A DNA stretch of 64,000 nt, taken from NCBI GenBank assembly GCA_965219345.1, contig OZ244732.1:640001-704000 (forward strand). Direction: 5' to 3'. This DNA comes from Nitrosopumilus sp. (GTDB lineage: Archaea > Thermoproteota > Nitrososphaeria > Nitrososphaerales > Nitrosopumilaceae). Position numbers and translations under genes: made by a program. Shown here piece after piece: positions 9,546-18,903 of this stretch. The first letter of the stretch is position 1. Each line of letters starts with the position of its first letter. The notes under the pieces are model-generated. The model ran no database searches, was not told the origin of the DNA, and was given only the letters and a program-made list of their open reading frames with translations.

Positions 9546-10483
9546 AAGCCCTGTCATTTTGTGTGCATGGTTTTCATCATGTTTTCTTGTAGCTAATGTA
9601 AAGGAATATGCCCTAAAACTATGAGATGTAATTTTGTAAAATCCGTTTGATGAGTATTTTTCATTATATCCTAATCTTTCCAAGACACTTGCCATTGTCA
9701 TTCGTTCTGCTCTTCCCCTAGTTTTGAAATCTCCTGTACTATTTGTAAAAACATAATCATCATCATTTAATTTGTGAAAATAAGTCATAATTTTCTCTCC
9801 ATATTCTTTTGAAACAAATGTTGTTCTACCAGCTTTGGTTTTTGTATATTCAGCATCAATCCTAATTGTTATTCTATCCAATGACAAATCCAAATCTTTT
9901 TTCTTAATGTGCAGTGCCTCCCCTGATCTCATTCCAGAACTACTGCAAGCCAAATACAATGCCTGTCTCTTTAGATTACGTGCTTGAGCTATACCAAATC
10001 TCTTAGTTCTTGTTTCTTTAGTGGATATTTTTCTTCAACAATCTTTCTTGGAAATCTTAGTATCTGTTTGATGTCTTGAGGATTTGTTTTTACTCCTAGA
10101 GAATAAAGAAATGTTCTGAGTATACTAAATCTAGTTCTGATTGTATAAGCTCCTGCTTTCTTTGAAATATTCCAGTCTATCCATTCTTGAAGGAAACTAT
10201 ACAGTGCATCTTCATATTCTTCGTCTCCTTGTTGCTTTTTTATTATAATTAACTCCCCGCAGATTTGATCAGGTGTACTTTGATGCTTTTCTAGAACAAA
10301 TTTCTTAAAATTATTAATCGCAGCTTGAATATTTTCTCGTGAGTTTGTAGGTAACGAGACATGTATCACCGAGTTCTGTGCCTATTTTGATTTGGCTTGA
10401 ATATTTTCTCGTGAGTTTGTAGGTAACGAGGCTAATTTTTCTTCATAATCCCTTGTTGTTTTCTTTTTGGTAAGAATACTCAT
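9546..10483 (-). pseudogene. Tyrosine recombinase/integrase pseudogene
   Basis: SSGMRSGEAL (box I Arg), TKTK, SHSFR (HxxR). Broken by a 72 bp insertion with a TAG at 10382-10384 and a frameshift near 9990; the C-terminal catalytic Tyr segment is lost. Confidence 0.85.
10323..10430. repeat. Perfect 36 bp direct repeat flanking a 36 bp unique insert (CRISPR-like unit)
   Basis: GCTTGAATATTTTCTCGTGAGTTTGTAGGTAACGAG at 10323-10358 and 10395-10430; insert at 10359-10394. Confidence 0.95.
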
Positions 10484-10609
10484 CTTTTCTCACCTCTATT
10501 GATTAGTTTTGATAAAATAGCTATTTGCGAATTTACGGGTTTTCTGGGAACTAATTTGCATAGGCCGTCTAGGTTTAACTTAATATAAGGAAATTCGAGA
10601 CCGAACACA

Positions 10610-11356
10610 TTGACTTTCGATAAAGGCTCATTAATTCTAGTAGACTATACTGCAAAGGTAAAAGATAGTGACGAGGTCTTTGATACCACCATTGAAGAGG
10701 ATGCAAAAAAACATTCTATTCATGAACAAAATGCCAAATATCAACCAAAACTAGTTTCAATTGGTGAAGTATCTTATCCTGTACTCAAAGGATTAGATGA
10801 AGCACTTGCAAAAACATCTGTTGGAGATAAACTTACAGTTGAAGTTACGCCTGACAAAGGTTTTGGTGAAAGAGATTCTAAAAAAGTTAGAATGATTCCT
10901 GTTAGAAAATTAGGTGACGATGCAGAGAAAGTTTCAGTAGGTGATACAATTGAAGTTGATAATAAAAGAGGAATTATACGTTTTATTGGATCTGGTAGAG
11001 TCCAAATGGATTACAACCATAGATATGCAGGAAAAACAATTCTATTTGATGTAAATGTAATCAAATCACTTGATTCTCCAAATGACAAGGTAGATGGAAT
11101 TCTTAAAAACAGACTACCTGTTGAGGACACAAAAATTACCTTTGACTTGAAGGATAAAGAAGTAAGCATTACAATTCCTGAGGAAATTCTACGTGCTGAT
11201 GGTTTACAAATAATGAAACACTTTATTCAATTAGATATTTTCAAGTTTGTTACAACCTTGGGAAAAGTGAGTTTTGTCGAAACACACGCCAACAAACAAA
11301 CTCAAGAAAAGAAACCTGAAATAAAAGAAAAAGTACCTGAACAAAAGGCTGCTTAA
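10610..11356 (+). CDS. FKBP-type peptidyl-prolyl isomerase (long archaeal SlyD-like)
   Basis: VFDTT, GLDEAL, PDKGFGER and DYNHRYAGK motifs. Confidence 0.9.
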   Translation: MTFDKGSLILVDYTAKVKDSDEVFDTTIEEDAKKHSIHEQNAKYQPKLVSIGEVSYPVLKGLDEALAKTSVGDKLTVEVTPDKGFGERDSKKVRMIPVRKLGDDAEKVSVGDTIEVDNKRGIIRFIGSGRVQMDYNHRYAGKTILFDVNVIKSLDSPNDKVDGILKNRLPVEDTKITFDLKDKEVSITIPEEILRADGLQIMKHFIQLDIFKFVTTLGKVSFVETHANKQTQEKKPEIKEKVPEQKAA

Positions 11357-11357
11357 A

Positions 11358-12401
11358 TCAAATTACTTTAGTACTCTTTGCAAGGCTTAGTGCTCTTTTT
11401 TCAGTCATTTTAATTTCTTTTAAAATTGTATATCTCTCTGGTCTTAATCCTTGTGCCATAGTTAGAGCTTTTATTATTACATCTGGTTTAAGACCAATTT
11501 GTTTTGCAGTCGTTGGGGCTTTAACATCTTTCAATGTCTTAACAATTTTTTTCCAATCCTGTTCATGTAATTTTGCCATCATTATGGAACCAATTCCACA
11601 TTTTTCTCCATGTAATCCAATACCGGGAGCAATTTTGTCAAGTGCATGTGAAAAAAGATGCTCTGCACCAGAACACGGTCTACTACTTCCTGCAATACAT
11701 GATGCTACTCCTGCGCTGATCAACCCTTCTACAATCACTCTTGCATCTAATCCATTCTTTGCAAACTTGGAAGAATTTTCCATAACTATCTTAGCGCTCA
11801 TCATTGCTAGATCTGCAGCATATCTTCCATAGTATTCCTTCTTCTTTTTGTGACCTAATTGCCAATCTTTCACCGCTATAATGTTTGCAATAAGATCTCC
11901 ACAACCACTAGCTAACAATCTGTCTGGAGCTTTTCTAATTACATCAATATCTACAAAAACACCCATTGGTGCAGATGCCACAATTGAGTGAGGCTTATCA
12001 CTTTTTACAGAAACAAATGGACTAGCCATTCCGTCATGAGAAGCTGCAGTTGGAAGGCTAACAAATGGCTTACCTAAATTATATGAAATTAATTTTGCTG
12101 TATCTACAGAACGACCTCCACCAATACCAACAATCAAATCAGAATTATCTTTTTTAACTGCTTCTTGAATTTGATTCAATGACTTTATTTGATTATCTTT
12201 TGACGTGTGCCAAATAAATTGGATTTTCTTTGATTTGAGTGATTTTTCAATTTTTTTCCTTAAAATCTTTTGAACATTTGTTCCAGCTATCAAAGAAACT
12301 TTTTTTGGTTTGTTTAATGAATTTAGAAATCTTCCAAAATCACAAATATTTTTCTCACCAATTTCAATGAGCCTAGGTAATTCCATCGTATGCGATTGCA
12401 T
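11358..12401 (-). CDS. egsA: sn-glycerol-1-phosphate dehydrogenase
   Basis: GIGGGRSVD, PTAASHDG, SRPCSGAEH, HGE and RPERYTIL motifs. Confidence 0.95.
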   Translation of the reverse strand: MQSHTMELPRLIEIGEKNICDFGRFLNSLNKPKKVSLIAGTNVQKILRKKIEKSLKSKKIQFIWHTSKDNQIKSLNQIQEAVKKDNSDLIVGIGGGRSVDTAKLISYNLGKPFVSLPTAASHDGMASPFVSVKSDKPHSIVASAPMGVFVDIDVIRKAPDRLLASGCGDLIANIIAVKDWQLGHKKKKEYYGRYAADLAMMSAKIVMENSSKFAKNGLDARVIVEGLISAGVASCIAGSSRPCSGAEHLFSHALDKIAPGIGLHGEKCGIGSIMMAKLHEQDWKKIVKTLKDVKAPTTAKQIGLKPDVIIKALTMAQGLRPERYTILKEIKMTEKRALSLAKSTKVI

Positions 12402-12499
12402 GCGATCTTGATTCTTTGTCATTATTTATGATTTCAGGGGATCAAAAAGTTATTTAAAAGGGTGACATGCCACTTACTTTATCTTAATAGGTGTATTTT

Positions 12500-13132
12500 T
12501 TGTCGAACAACGTTGAAGAAAAAATTCTGCACGGGACTACCACTGTAGGTATCAAGGCTAGAGACGGTGTCATATTATGTGCTGATATGAGAGCCAGTGC
12601 GGGTTATTTTATTGCAAACAATAACACAATGAAAATTCAAAAAATTGACTTGCACGCAGGATTAACCTTGGCTGGTGGTGTAGCAGACGCACAAAATATT
12701 GTTGATATTTTACGTTATCATTCTAATCTGCATAGAGTTGAAAAACATGGTTCAATCCCAATTAACTCACTTGCAAGACTTTGCTCATTGATATTTCATC
12801 AAAATAGAGGTTATCCATTCATGGCCGATATCTTGGTTGGTGGTTATGATGCAAACGGTCCTGCGTTGTTTAACATCGATATGTTTGGGTCAGTTGAAGA
12901 AAAATCATATGTTACAACTGGTAGCGGTTCACCAGTAGCTTATGGTTTACTTGAAGAGGAATATCATGAAGATCTTACAGTTGATGAAGCAAAAAAAATA
13001 GCTCTAAGAGCTGTTAAAGCCGCAATAGTCAGAAACATTGGTACTGGCGATGGAATTAACATCGCAATAATGGATAAAGATGGATTCCGTCTTTTGACCG
13101 ATGAACAAAAGAAAGCAGTCATCGAACTCTAG
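12500..13132 (+). CDS. psmB: Proteasome beta subunit
   Basis: Propeptide followed by G-TTTVG catalytic Thr; TGSGS motif. Confidence 0.95.
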   Translation: MSNNVEEKILHGTTTVGIKARDGVILCADMRASAGYFIANNNTMKIQKIDLHAGLTLAGGVADAQNIVDILRYHSNLHRVEKHGSIPINSLARLCSLIFHQNRGYPFMADILVGGYDANGPALFNIDMFGSVEEKSYVTTGSGSPVAYGLLEEEYHEDLTVDEAKKIALRAVKAAIVRNIGTGDGINIAIMDKDGFRLLTDEQKKAVIEL

Positions 13133-13139
13133 TGATTTA

Positions 13140-15077
13140 ATGCAAAAAAAACAACAACAAAAAGAATTACCTTCTAGCCAAAATATAATGGCCACCATAC
13201 TGCAAAGTATTCCCAAAGAGGCAAATATTACAAAAATAGAATATGAAGGACCTCGAATTGCTCTTTACACAAAAACTCCTCGTTATCTAATGGAAAATAA
13301 TGAGACAATATCAAATCTTGTAAATGTAATCAAAAAAAGAATTGTTGTAAGGACTGATGAATCAATTAGAAAACCTGAAGATGAAGCCAGACGAATTCTT
13401 GCAGAATGTGTTCCAAAAGAAGCAAACCTACAAGGAACTCTCTTTGATACAGCTACTGGTGAAGTCTCAGTTGAAGCAAAAAGACCTTGGTTACTACAAA
13501 GAGACGCAAAGGAATTCAATCATGTTGAGGTTACTGAGAAAATAGGATGGAGATTACGTATTAGGAAATCTACAACTATACCTTCACGTACAGTCCAAAC
13601 AATCAATGCAACCCTAAAACAATCTACTTCTGAGCGAAGTAAACAACTCAAACAAATTGGTGATGAAATTTTTAGACCAAGACTATCTCAAAGGACTGAA
13701 GTTTCTCTTCATACCCTTGGCGGATTTGGTCAAGTAGGAAGATCTTCAATGTTATTATCTACACCTGAAAGTAAGATCCTCATTGATTGTGGAATTAATC
13801 CAGGTGCACGCTCTCCAATGGATGCATTTCCGAGATTAGATTCTCTAGATATTACATTAGATGATCTTGACGCAGTAGTTATTGGACATGCACATTTGGA
13901 TCACACAGGATTTTTACCAACATTGTGCAAATATGACTACAAAGGTCCAATTTATTGTACAGAACCAACTCTTCCCATGATGAATCTAATTCAATTAGAC
14001 GCAATCAAAGTAGCTACTGCACAAGGTAGAACTCCAATTTACTCAGAACGAGATGTTAAACAAATTATGAGACAGACAATTACTTTGCCATATGGAACTG
14101 TCACTGATATTTCTCCTGACATAAAATTAGTTCTTGCCAATGCAGGTCACATTCTAGGTTCTGCTTTATGTCATTTTCATATTGGAAATGGTAATCATAA
14201 CTTTGTTTATTCAGGTGATATAAAATTCGGGAAAAGTATTCTGTTTGAAGCTGCTAGTTGGAATTTTCCAAGAGTAGAAACATTGTTGATCGAAAGTACT
14301 TATGGTCTTAAAGAAGATATACAACCAACTAGACAAGAGGTAGAATCTTCTTTCATTAATGCAGTAAACAACACTTTGGCAGATGATGGTAAAGTTTTGA
14401 TACCTATTCCTGCGGTTGGTCGTGCACAAGAAATTATGATGGTAATTGATCATTATATGAAATCTGGAGAAATGGTTGAAGCACCAGTATTTACAGAAGG
14501 AATGATTTCTGAAGCATCAGCCATTCATGAATCCTATCCAGAATATCTGGCAAGAGAACTCAAACAAAAGATCTTAGAGACTGATGATAATCCATTTGAT
14601 TCTGAATATTTCACTAACATCGAACATGCGGATTCTCGAGAAGAACCAATGAGAGAGAACTCACCATGTATTATTTTAGCAACATCGGGAATGTTAGAAG
14701 GCGGTCCTGTTTTAGAATACTTCAAAAACATTGCACCTGACAAAAAGAACAAAGTACTGTTTGTCTCTTACCAAGTTAATGGAACTATGGGAAGAAGAGT
14801 TCTTGATAGTTCTAAACAAGTATCCATGTTAGGAAAAGAAGGTAAAGTTGAAGTTGTTACTATCAATTGTAGTGTTGAAAAACTGGATGGGTTCAGTGGT
14901 CACAGTGATTATAATCAATTAATGTCATTTGTACAAAGACTAAGACCAAAACTTCGAAGAGTACTAGTTAATCACGGAGAACGTAAAAAATCAGAAAATC
15001 TTGCTATGAACATTAGACGAATGTATAGGGTACCTGCACATTATCCTCAAATCCAAGAAGCAATAAAATTATTTTAG
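13140..15077 (+). CDS. fttA: Beta-CASP ribonuclease aCPSF1 / transcription termination factor FttA
   Basis: N-terminal KH region, HAHLDH, AGHILGS, GFSGH; lies downstream of psmB as in other archaea. Confidence 0.95.
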   Translation: MQKKQQQKELPSSQNIMATILQSIPKEANITKIEYEGPRIALYTKTPRYLMENNETISNLVNVIKKRIVVRTDESIRKPEDEARRILAECVPKEANLQGTLFDTATGEVSVEAKRPWLLQRDAKEFNHVEVTEKIGWRLRIRKSTTIPSRTVQTINATLKQSTSERSKQLKQIGDEIFRPRLSQRTEVSLHTLGGFGQVGRSSMLLSTPESKILIDCGINPGARSPMDAFPRLDSLDITLDDLDAVVIGHAHLDHTGFLPTLCKYDYKGPIYCTEPTLPMMNLIQLDAIKVATAQGRTPIYSERDVKQIMRQTITLPYGTVTDISPDIKLVLANAGHILGSALCHFHIGNGNHNFVYSGDIKFGKSILFEAASWNFPRVETLLIESTYGLKEDIQPTRQEVESSFINAVNNTLADDGKVLIPIPAVGRAQEIMMVIDHYMKSGEMVEAPVFTEGMISEASAIHESYPEYLARELKQKILETDDNPFDSEYFTNIEHADSREEPMRENSPCIILATSGMLEGGPVLEYFKNIAPDKKNKVLFVSYQVNGTMGRRVLDSSKQVSMLGKEGKVEVVTINCSVEKLDGFSGHSDYNQLMSFVQRLRPKLRRVLVNHGERKKSENLAMNIRRMYRVPAHYPQIQEAIKLF

Positions 15078-15347
15078 ATCGTATTCTGGTTTCCAGATCT
15101 TTATACTGGATGGGGCAACAATAATTCTTTCTTCTCCTAATCTTGCAATATCTGCACCAGCAGCTTTTGCAATTGAATACAACTCTTCAACTACTTTACG
15201 AAGTTGTTCCACGTCTTTTTGTGCCAATGGCGTAACTCTTAGAATCAAAATCATGTCTTTTTTGATATCTTCTTTGATAGAATGAACATCACTGATGTCT
15301 CTAATCGTAATAGCCTTTAGATATGTAGGAGTTTCTTGTTTTTGCAT
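15069..15347 (-). CDS. sepF: Cell division protein SepF
   Basis: GADIARLGEERIIVAP; 92 aa. Confidence 0.8.
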   Translation of the reverse strand: MQKQETPTYLKAITIRDISDVHSIKEDIKKDMILILRVTPLAQKDVEQLRKVVEELYSIAKAAGADIARLGEERIIVAPSSIKIWKPEYDLK

Positions 15348-15420
15348 ACTAGCTGAAAATGCGATCTACTTCCACAAAAACTCTTCCTTAGTCATAACTA
15401 ATTTTTAAAAAATTTCACGC

Positions 15421-16431
15421 CTACATTCTAAATTTAATGTAAGCTTGTTCTTCTGCACTTTCAGTACTAACTTCTTCAGATGAATTCTTGTTTTTTACTG
15501 TAACAATCCCTTGTTGATCTTTTGGCGCATCTGAATATCTTAGCGTCACAGATGATGCAAATTTAACATGATCTTTTGCATTCTTGCCACGTAAAATTGA
15601 AACTGGTCCTACGTAGTCTCTAGCTTCAAGTAAAATGTCTCCTAGTAATGCTATTGCTTTGATCATTTCATTTTCATCTTTATTTCTTCCAACAACAAAT
15701 TTAGTTTCATCATCTAATCTAAAATGTCTTCCAATCTTTAATAAATCAACATCATTAATTGTTGGAGTCTCAATATGATCAAACAAATCTTTTGCTTTAA
15801 CTCCAAATTGTGGTTCTGTTAACAAACAACCGCCACCTGCATTTGGTGGATTTTCAATTCCATATTCTTTTGCCATTTGTAATTGAGTTCTTCTCGTTCT
15901 ACCTTTAATCATCCCAAGATTTTCTCTTTTGATCAATCCTTCTTTTTCAGGATCTGTTTCTGGTAGTAATGCAGCTGACAACGGTCTTACAATTTTTCCA
16001 ACTAGATCTGATTCTTTTTCAATAGTTCTTAATGCAGGTCCATGTTGACTCATTGGACGTTGGCCTAACACTTCACCTGAAATAATAAATTCTGCCCCAA
16101 TTTCTTCCATGTGTTTTTTTGCAGCATCAAACATCATTGCTCTACAATCAATACATGGATTAAAACCAGCACCAATTCCATGTTTTGGGTGCTTTAACAT
16201 CTCAATGTATTCATCACCAAGATAAACTGTCTTTAACTTAACATTAAGATCATCAGCTCTTTCTCTAATTTCAAATCCACATCCTCTTCCACAATCAAAA
16301 TCACAAAAAGGAGTTTTTATTGCAACAGCCGAAACTTCAAAACCTTGTTCTTGCATCATTCTAACTGCAAGTTGACTATCTAAACCTCCTGAGAGTAATG
16401 CAACTACTTTCTTCTTCTTTTCTTCTGCCAT
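15421..16431 (-). CDS. PP-loop tRNA sulfurtransferase (ThiI/MnmA-like) with a C-terminal NFACT-R-like domain
   Basis: SGGLDS PP-loop, PCIDC, GEVLGQRPMSQ, GGCLLT, GRHFR. Start placed at MAEEKKK. Confidence 0.8.
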   Translation of the reverse strand: MAEEKKKKVVALLSGGLDSQLAVRMMQEQGFEVSAVAIKTPFCDFDCGRGCGFEIRERADDLNVKLKTVYLGDEYIEMLKHPKHGIGAGFNPCIDCRAMMFDAAKKHMEEIGAEFIISGEVLGQRPMSQHGPALRTIEKESDLVGKIVRPLSAALLPETDPEKEGLIKRENLGMIKGRTRRTQLQMAKEYGIENPPNAGGGCLLTEPQFGVKAKDLFDHIETPTINDVDLLKIGRHFRLDDETKFVVGRNKDENEMIKAIALLGDILLEARDYVGPVSILRGKNAKDHVKFASSVTLRYSDAPKDQQGIVTVKNKNSSEEVSTESAEEQAYIKFRM

Positions 16432-16502
16432 AAAGATCCGATCTAAATTTCCATATACAAACTTTACATCATACATAAATTGAGAAACAGAGATTTTTTT
16501 GT

Positions 16503-17567
16503 GTGAAACAACGTAGAAAAAATCTTCGAAAATATGCTCAACAGATCGATTGTAATACACTAGTCACATTTGAGCCTGAGAATTTGTTTTACATGACTGG
16601 ATTTTGGGGTGAGGCAATAGGATTGCTTGAAAAAAATGGAAAAACAACCATTATCGCTCCAGAACTTGAAGTGGGAAGAGCAAGAGAAGAATCTGAAGAT
16701 TGTGATGTAATAACAGCGGAACGTGGAACCGGCCTGATCTCATCTCTAATAGGAAAAATTAAGAAAAATCGTGTTTGTACTGATTGTCAAAATTATTCTA
16801 TTATGATGTCTCTGAAGAAATCTATTCCAAAAATAAAATCATCTACAGAACCATTTTGCAATTCTCGTATAATTAAAGACGAAAAAGAACTCCAAATACT
16901 CAAAAAAGCTTCTAAAATCATCGATGAGATGTTTGATATTTGCTTAAAAAAGATGAAGGTAGGTCAAAAAGAATCAGAATTACAAACAATTTTGATGAAA
17001 TATGCAATAGAACAACAAATGTTTGATATCGGATACAAATCAACACTTAACCCTCTGATTATTGCAGGGGGACCAAATGGTGCTCTCCCCCATGCTCAAG
17101 TTAGTAAAAGAAAATTCAAGAATGGTGATCTTGTAGTTACTGATCTTACACTAAGATACAAGGGATATGTTTCTGACGCAACTAGAACATTTGCACTTGG
17201 GAAAATTTCAGCTAAAGCAAATGAAGCTTATGAAATTGTTAAGGAATCTCAAAAACTTGGTTTGAAAGCTGTTAAACCAAATGTATATTGTAAAGATGTA
17301 GATATTGCTTGTAGAAAATATATTGAAGAAAAAAACTACGGTCAATACTTTATCCATTCTACTGGTCATGGAATAGGATTAGAAGTACACGAACTTCCAA
17401 CCGTTTCTTCTAAAAGTGATACAAAATTAAAAGAAAATATGGCAATTACTGTAGAGCCGGGAATCTATATTGAAAACAAATTTGGAATTAGAATAGAAGA
17501 TTCACTAATTGTAAAATCTCGACCCATTATTATGCACAAATTTACTAAAGATTTAGTCACAATTTGA
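16503..17567 (+). CDS. Xaa-Pro peptidase (M24 family)
   Basis: PHA, D..D, HSTGHGIGLEVHE, TVEPGIY and RIED motifs. Confidence 0.92.
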   Translation: MKQRRKNLRKYAQQIDCNTLVTFEPENLFYMTGFWGEAIGLLEKNGKTTIIAPELEVGRAREESEDCDVITAERGTGLISSLIGKIKKNRVCTDCQNYSIMMSLKKSIPKIKSSTEPFCNSRIIKDEKELQILKKASKIIDEMFDICLKKMKVGQKESELQTILMKYAIEQQMFDIGYKSTLNPLIIAGGPNGALPHAQVSKRKFKNGDLVVTDLTLRYKGYVSDATRTFALGKISAKANEAYEIVKESQKLGLKAVKPNVYCKDVDIACRKYIEEKNYGQYFIHSTGHGIGLEVHELPTVSSKSDTKLKENMAITVEPGIYIENKFGIRIEDSLIVKSRPIIMHKFTKDLVTI

Positions 17568-17569
17568 GC

Positions 17570-18043
17570 CTAATCATAAAAGTCTACTAAATCAATGATG
17601 TATTTTGATTCCTGATTATTTGATGTAATTTTTCCAGAATTCATATCTACATTCCAATTATAATTCATTTCTCCTTTGTGTGACTCAAAATTCAAAACAA
17701 CTTGATACTCTTCTGAATCTACACTTGATACAGTTAGTTCTACATTAGTTTTTTTGTTGTCATAAATTTTTTCATCTGGGTATTCTTCGCTAATTTTCAT
17801 TGAAATTGCATCCATTACAGTTAATCCAGATTCATTTGGTCCATTATACCCCATTAAGATGTCAACAACTTGTTGTTCTTCAGATGAAAGTTCTGGAAAA
17901 TTGCTTTCCAAGTCTCCTTTTGTTAAATCAGGAACTATGAAAATTATAAACAATCCAATCAAACCAAGATAAATCGGTGCTCTTTTTCTAAGAAATGCTT
18001 TAAAATCATTCTTTTTTGGTTTTTCTTCTTTGTCTTTACCCAT
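17570..18043 (-). CDS. Conserved hypothetical membrane-anchored protein
   Basis: 157 aa with a single N-terminal TM. Confidence 0.7.
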   Translation of the reverse strand: MGKDKEEKPKKNDFKAFLRKRAPIYLGLIGLFIIFIVPDLTKGDLESNFPELSSEEQQVVDILMGYNGPNESGLTVMDAISMKISEEYPDEKIYDNKKTNVELTVSSVDSEEYQVVLNFESHKGEMNYNWNVDMNSGKITSNNQESKYIIDLVDFYD

Positions 18044-18060
18044 TTTTATCTCCTAAACCT

Positions 18061-18903
18061 CTAGTATTTTGCAGTTAAAATTAAAACTTGCCATGGAAAT
18101 AAAATTTTACCATTTTTCTTTGTGTATTGAGTTGTTTTCTCTTTCACTATCTGTTTCAATTCTTTTCTTTTTGAATATTCTAGTGCATCTAGCTTTTCTT
18201 TTAGAGGTTTTGGAATGTATTTGATATAATTTCTCCAATAATCTTCAAATTTTCCAGGACTGTATTGAAAAACAAATTCTTTTACTACTATCTTTGAGAA
18301 TCCTGCTCTACTGATCTCTTTTTTTAATGCAGATTTTGTACCAAATCTGTCAAGATTTGGTAAACCGGGTGGTACATAATCTGGGATGAATTGAGTTACT
18401 GAATCTAAAATACTGCTAAAAAAAGGAACATTCTCGTTACTCCCATGAACTGAAATTCCTATCGTGCCTGACTTTTTGAGGCTATTTCTCATATTTTTTA
18501 ATGCTTTTTGGGCATTTGGAAAGAAGAACAATGCATACTGACAAGTTACAACATCAAATTTTTTTAAAAAATAAAATTTTTCTGCATCAACATTTACAAA
18601 ATCTAAATTTGATTTTTTTTCATTCCACTTTTTTGCTATTTTAATTGCAGTAATAGAAGTATCAGCACCTACAACATATCCTGAATTACCAACCTTGTTT
18701 CGAATTTTTTTTGTTACTACACCTGTACCACATGCAAGATCTAATACTGTATTCCCTTTGTTGATATTTACTAATTCTATTAATTTTGCAGTACTCTGAA
18801 ATGGCCCCACACTTACACTGGCCCATCTTTTATGATAACGAGGAGCAACCTCATTCCAAATTTTCACATTTCTTTGTTTATATTCAGAATGCTTGAGTTT
18901 CAT
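18061..18903 (-). CDS. Class I SAM-dependent methyltransferase (UbiE-like)
   Basis: VLDLACGTG and FDVVTC motifs. Confidence 0.85.
   Translation of the reverse strand: MKLKHSEYKQRNVKIWNEVAPRYHKRWASVSVGPFQSTAKLIELVNINKGNTVLDLACGTGVVTKKIRNKVGNSGYVVGADTSITAIKIAKKWNEKKSNLDFVNVDAEKFYFLKKFDVVTCQYALFFFPNAQKALKNMRNSLKKSGTIGISVHGSNENVPFFSSILDSVTQFIPDYVPPGLPNLDRFGTKSALKKEISRAGFSKIVVKEFVFQYSPGKFEDYWRNYIKYIPKPLKEKLDALEYSKRKELKQIVKEKTTQYTKKNGKILFPWQVLILTAKY

Larger units (their letters stand above)
2584..10584. mobile_element. Degraded integrative genomic island
   Basis: Integrase pseudogene at the right end, many pseudogenes and orphans, a high-GC insert, housekeeping genes on both flanks, and a 10 bp direct repeat TTAACTTAAT at 2584-2593 and 10575-10584. 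Confidence 0.75.

Noticed and set aside
10323-10430. Functional CRISPR array
   Set aside because: Only two repeats, the repeat is integrase coding sequence, and there is no leader or cas operon in the window. Kept only as a CRISPR-like insertion scar.
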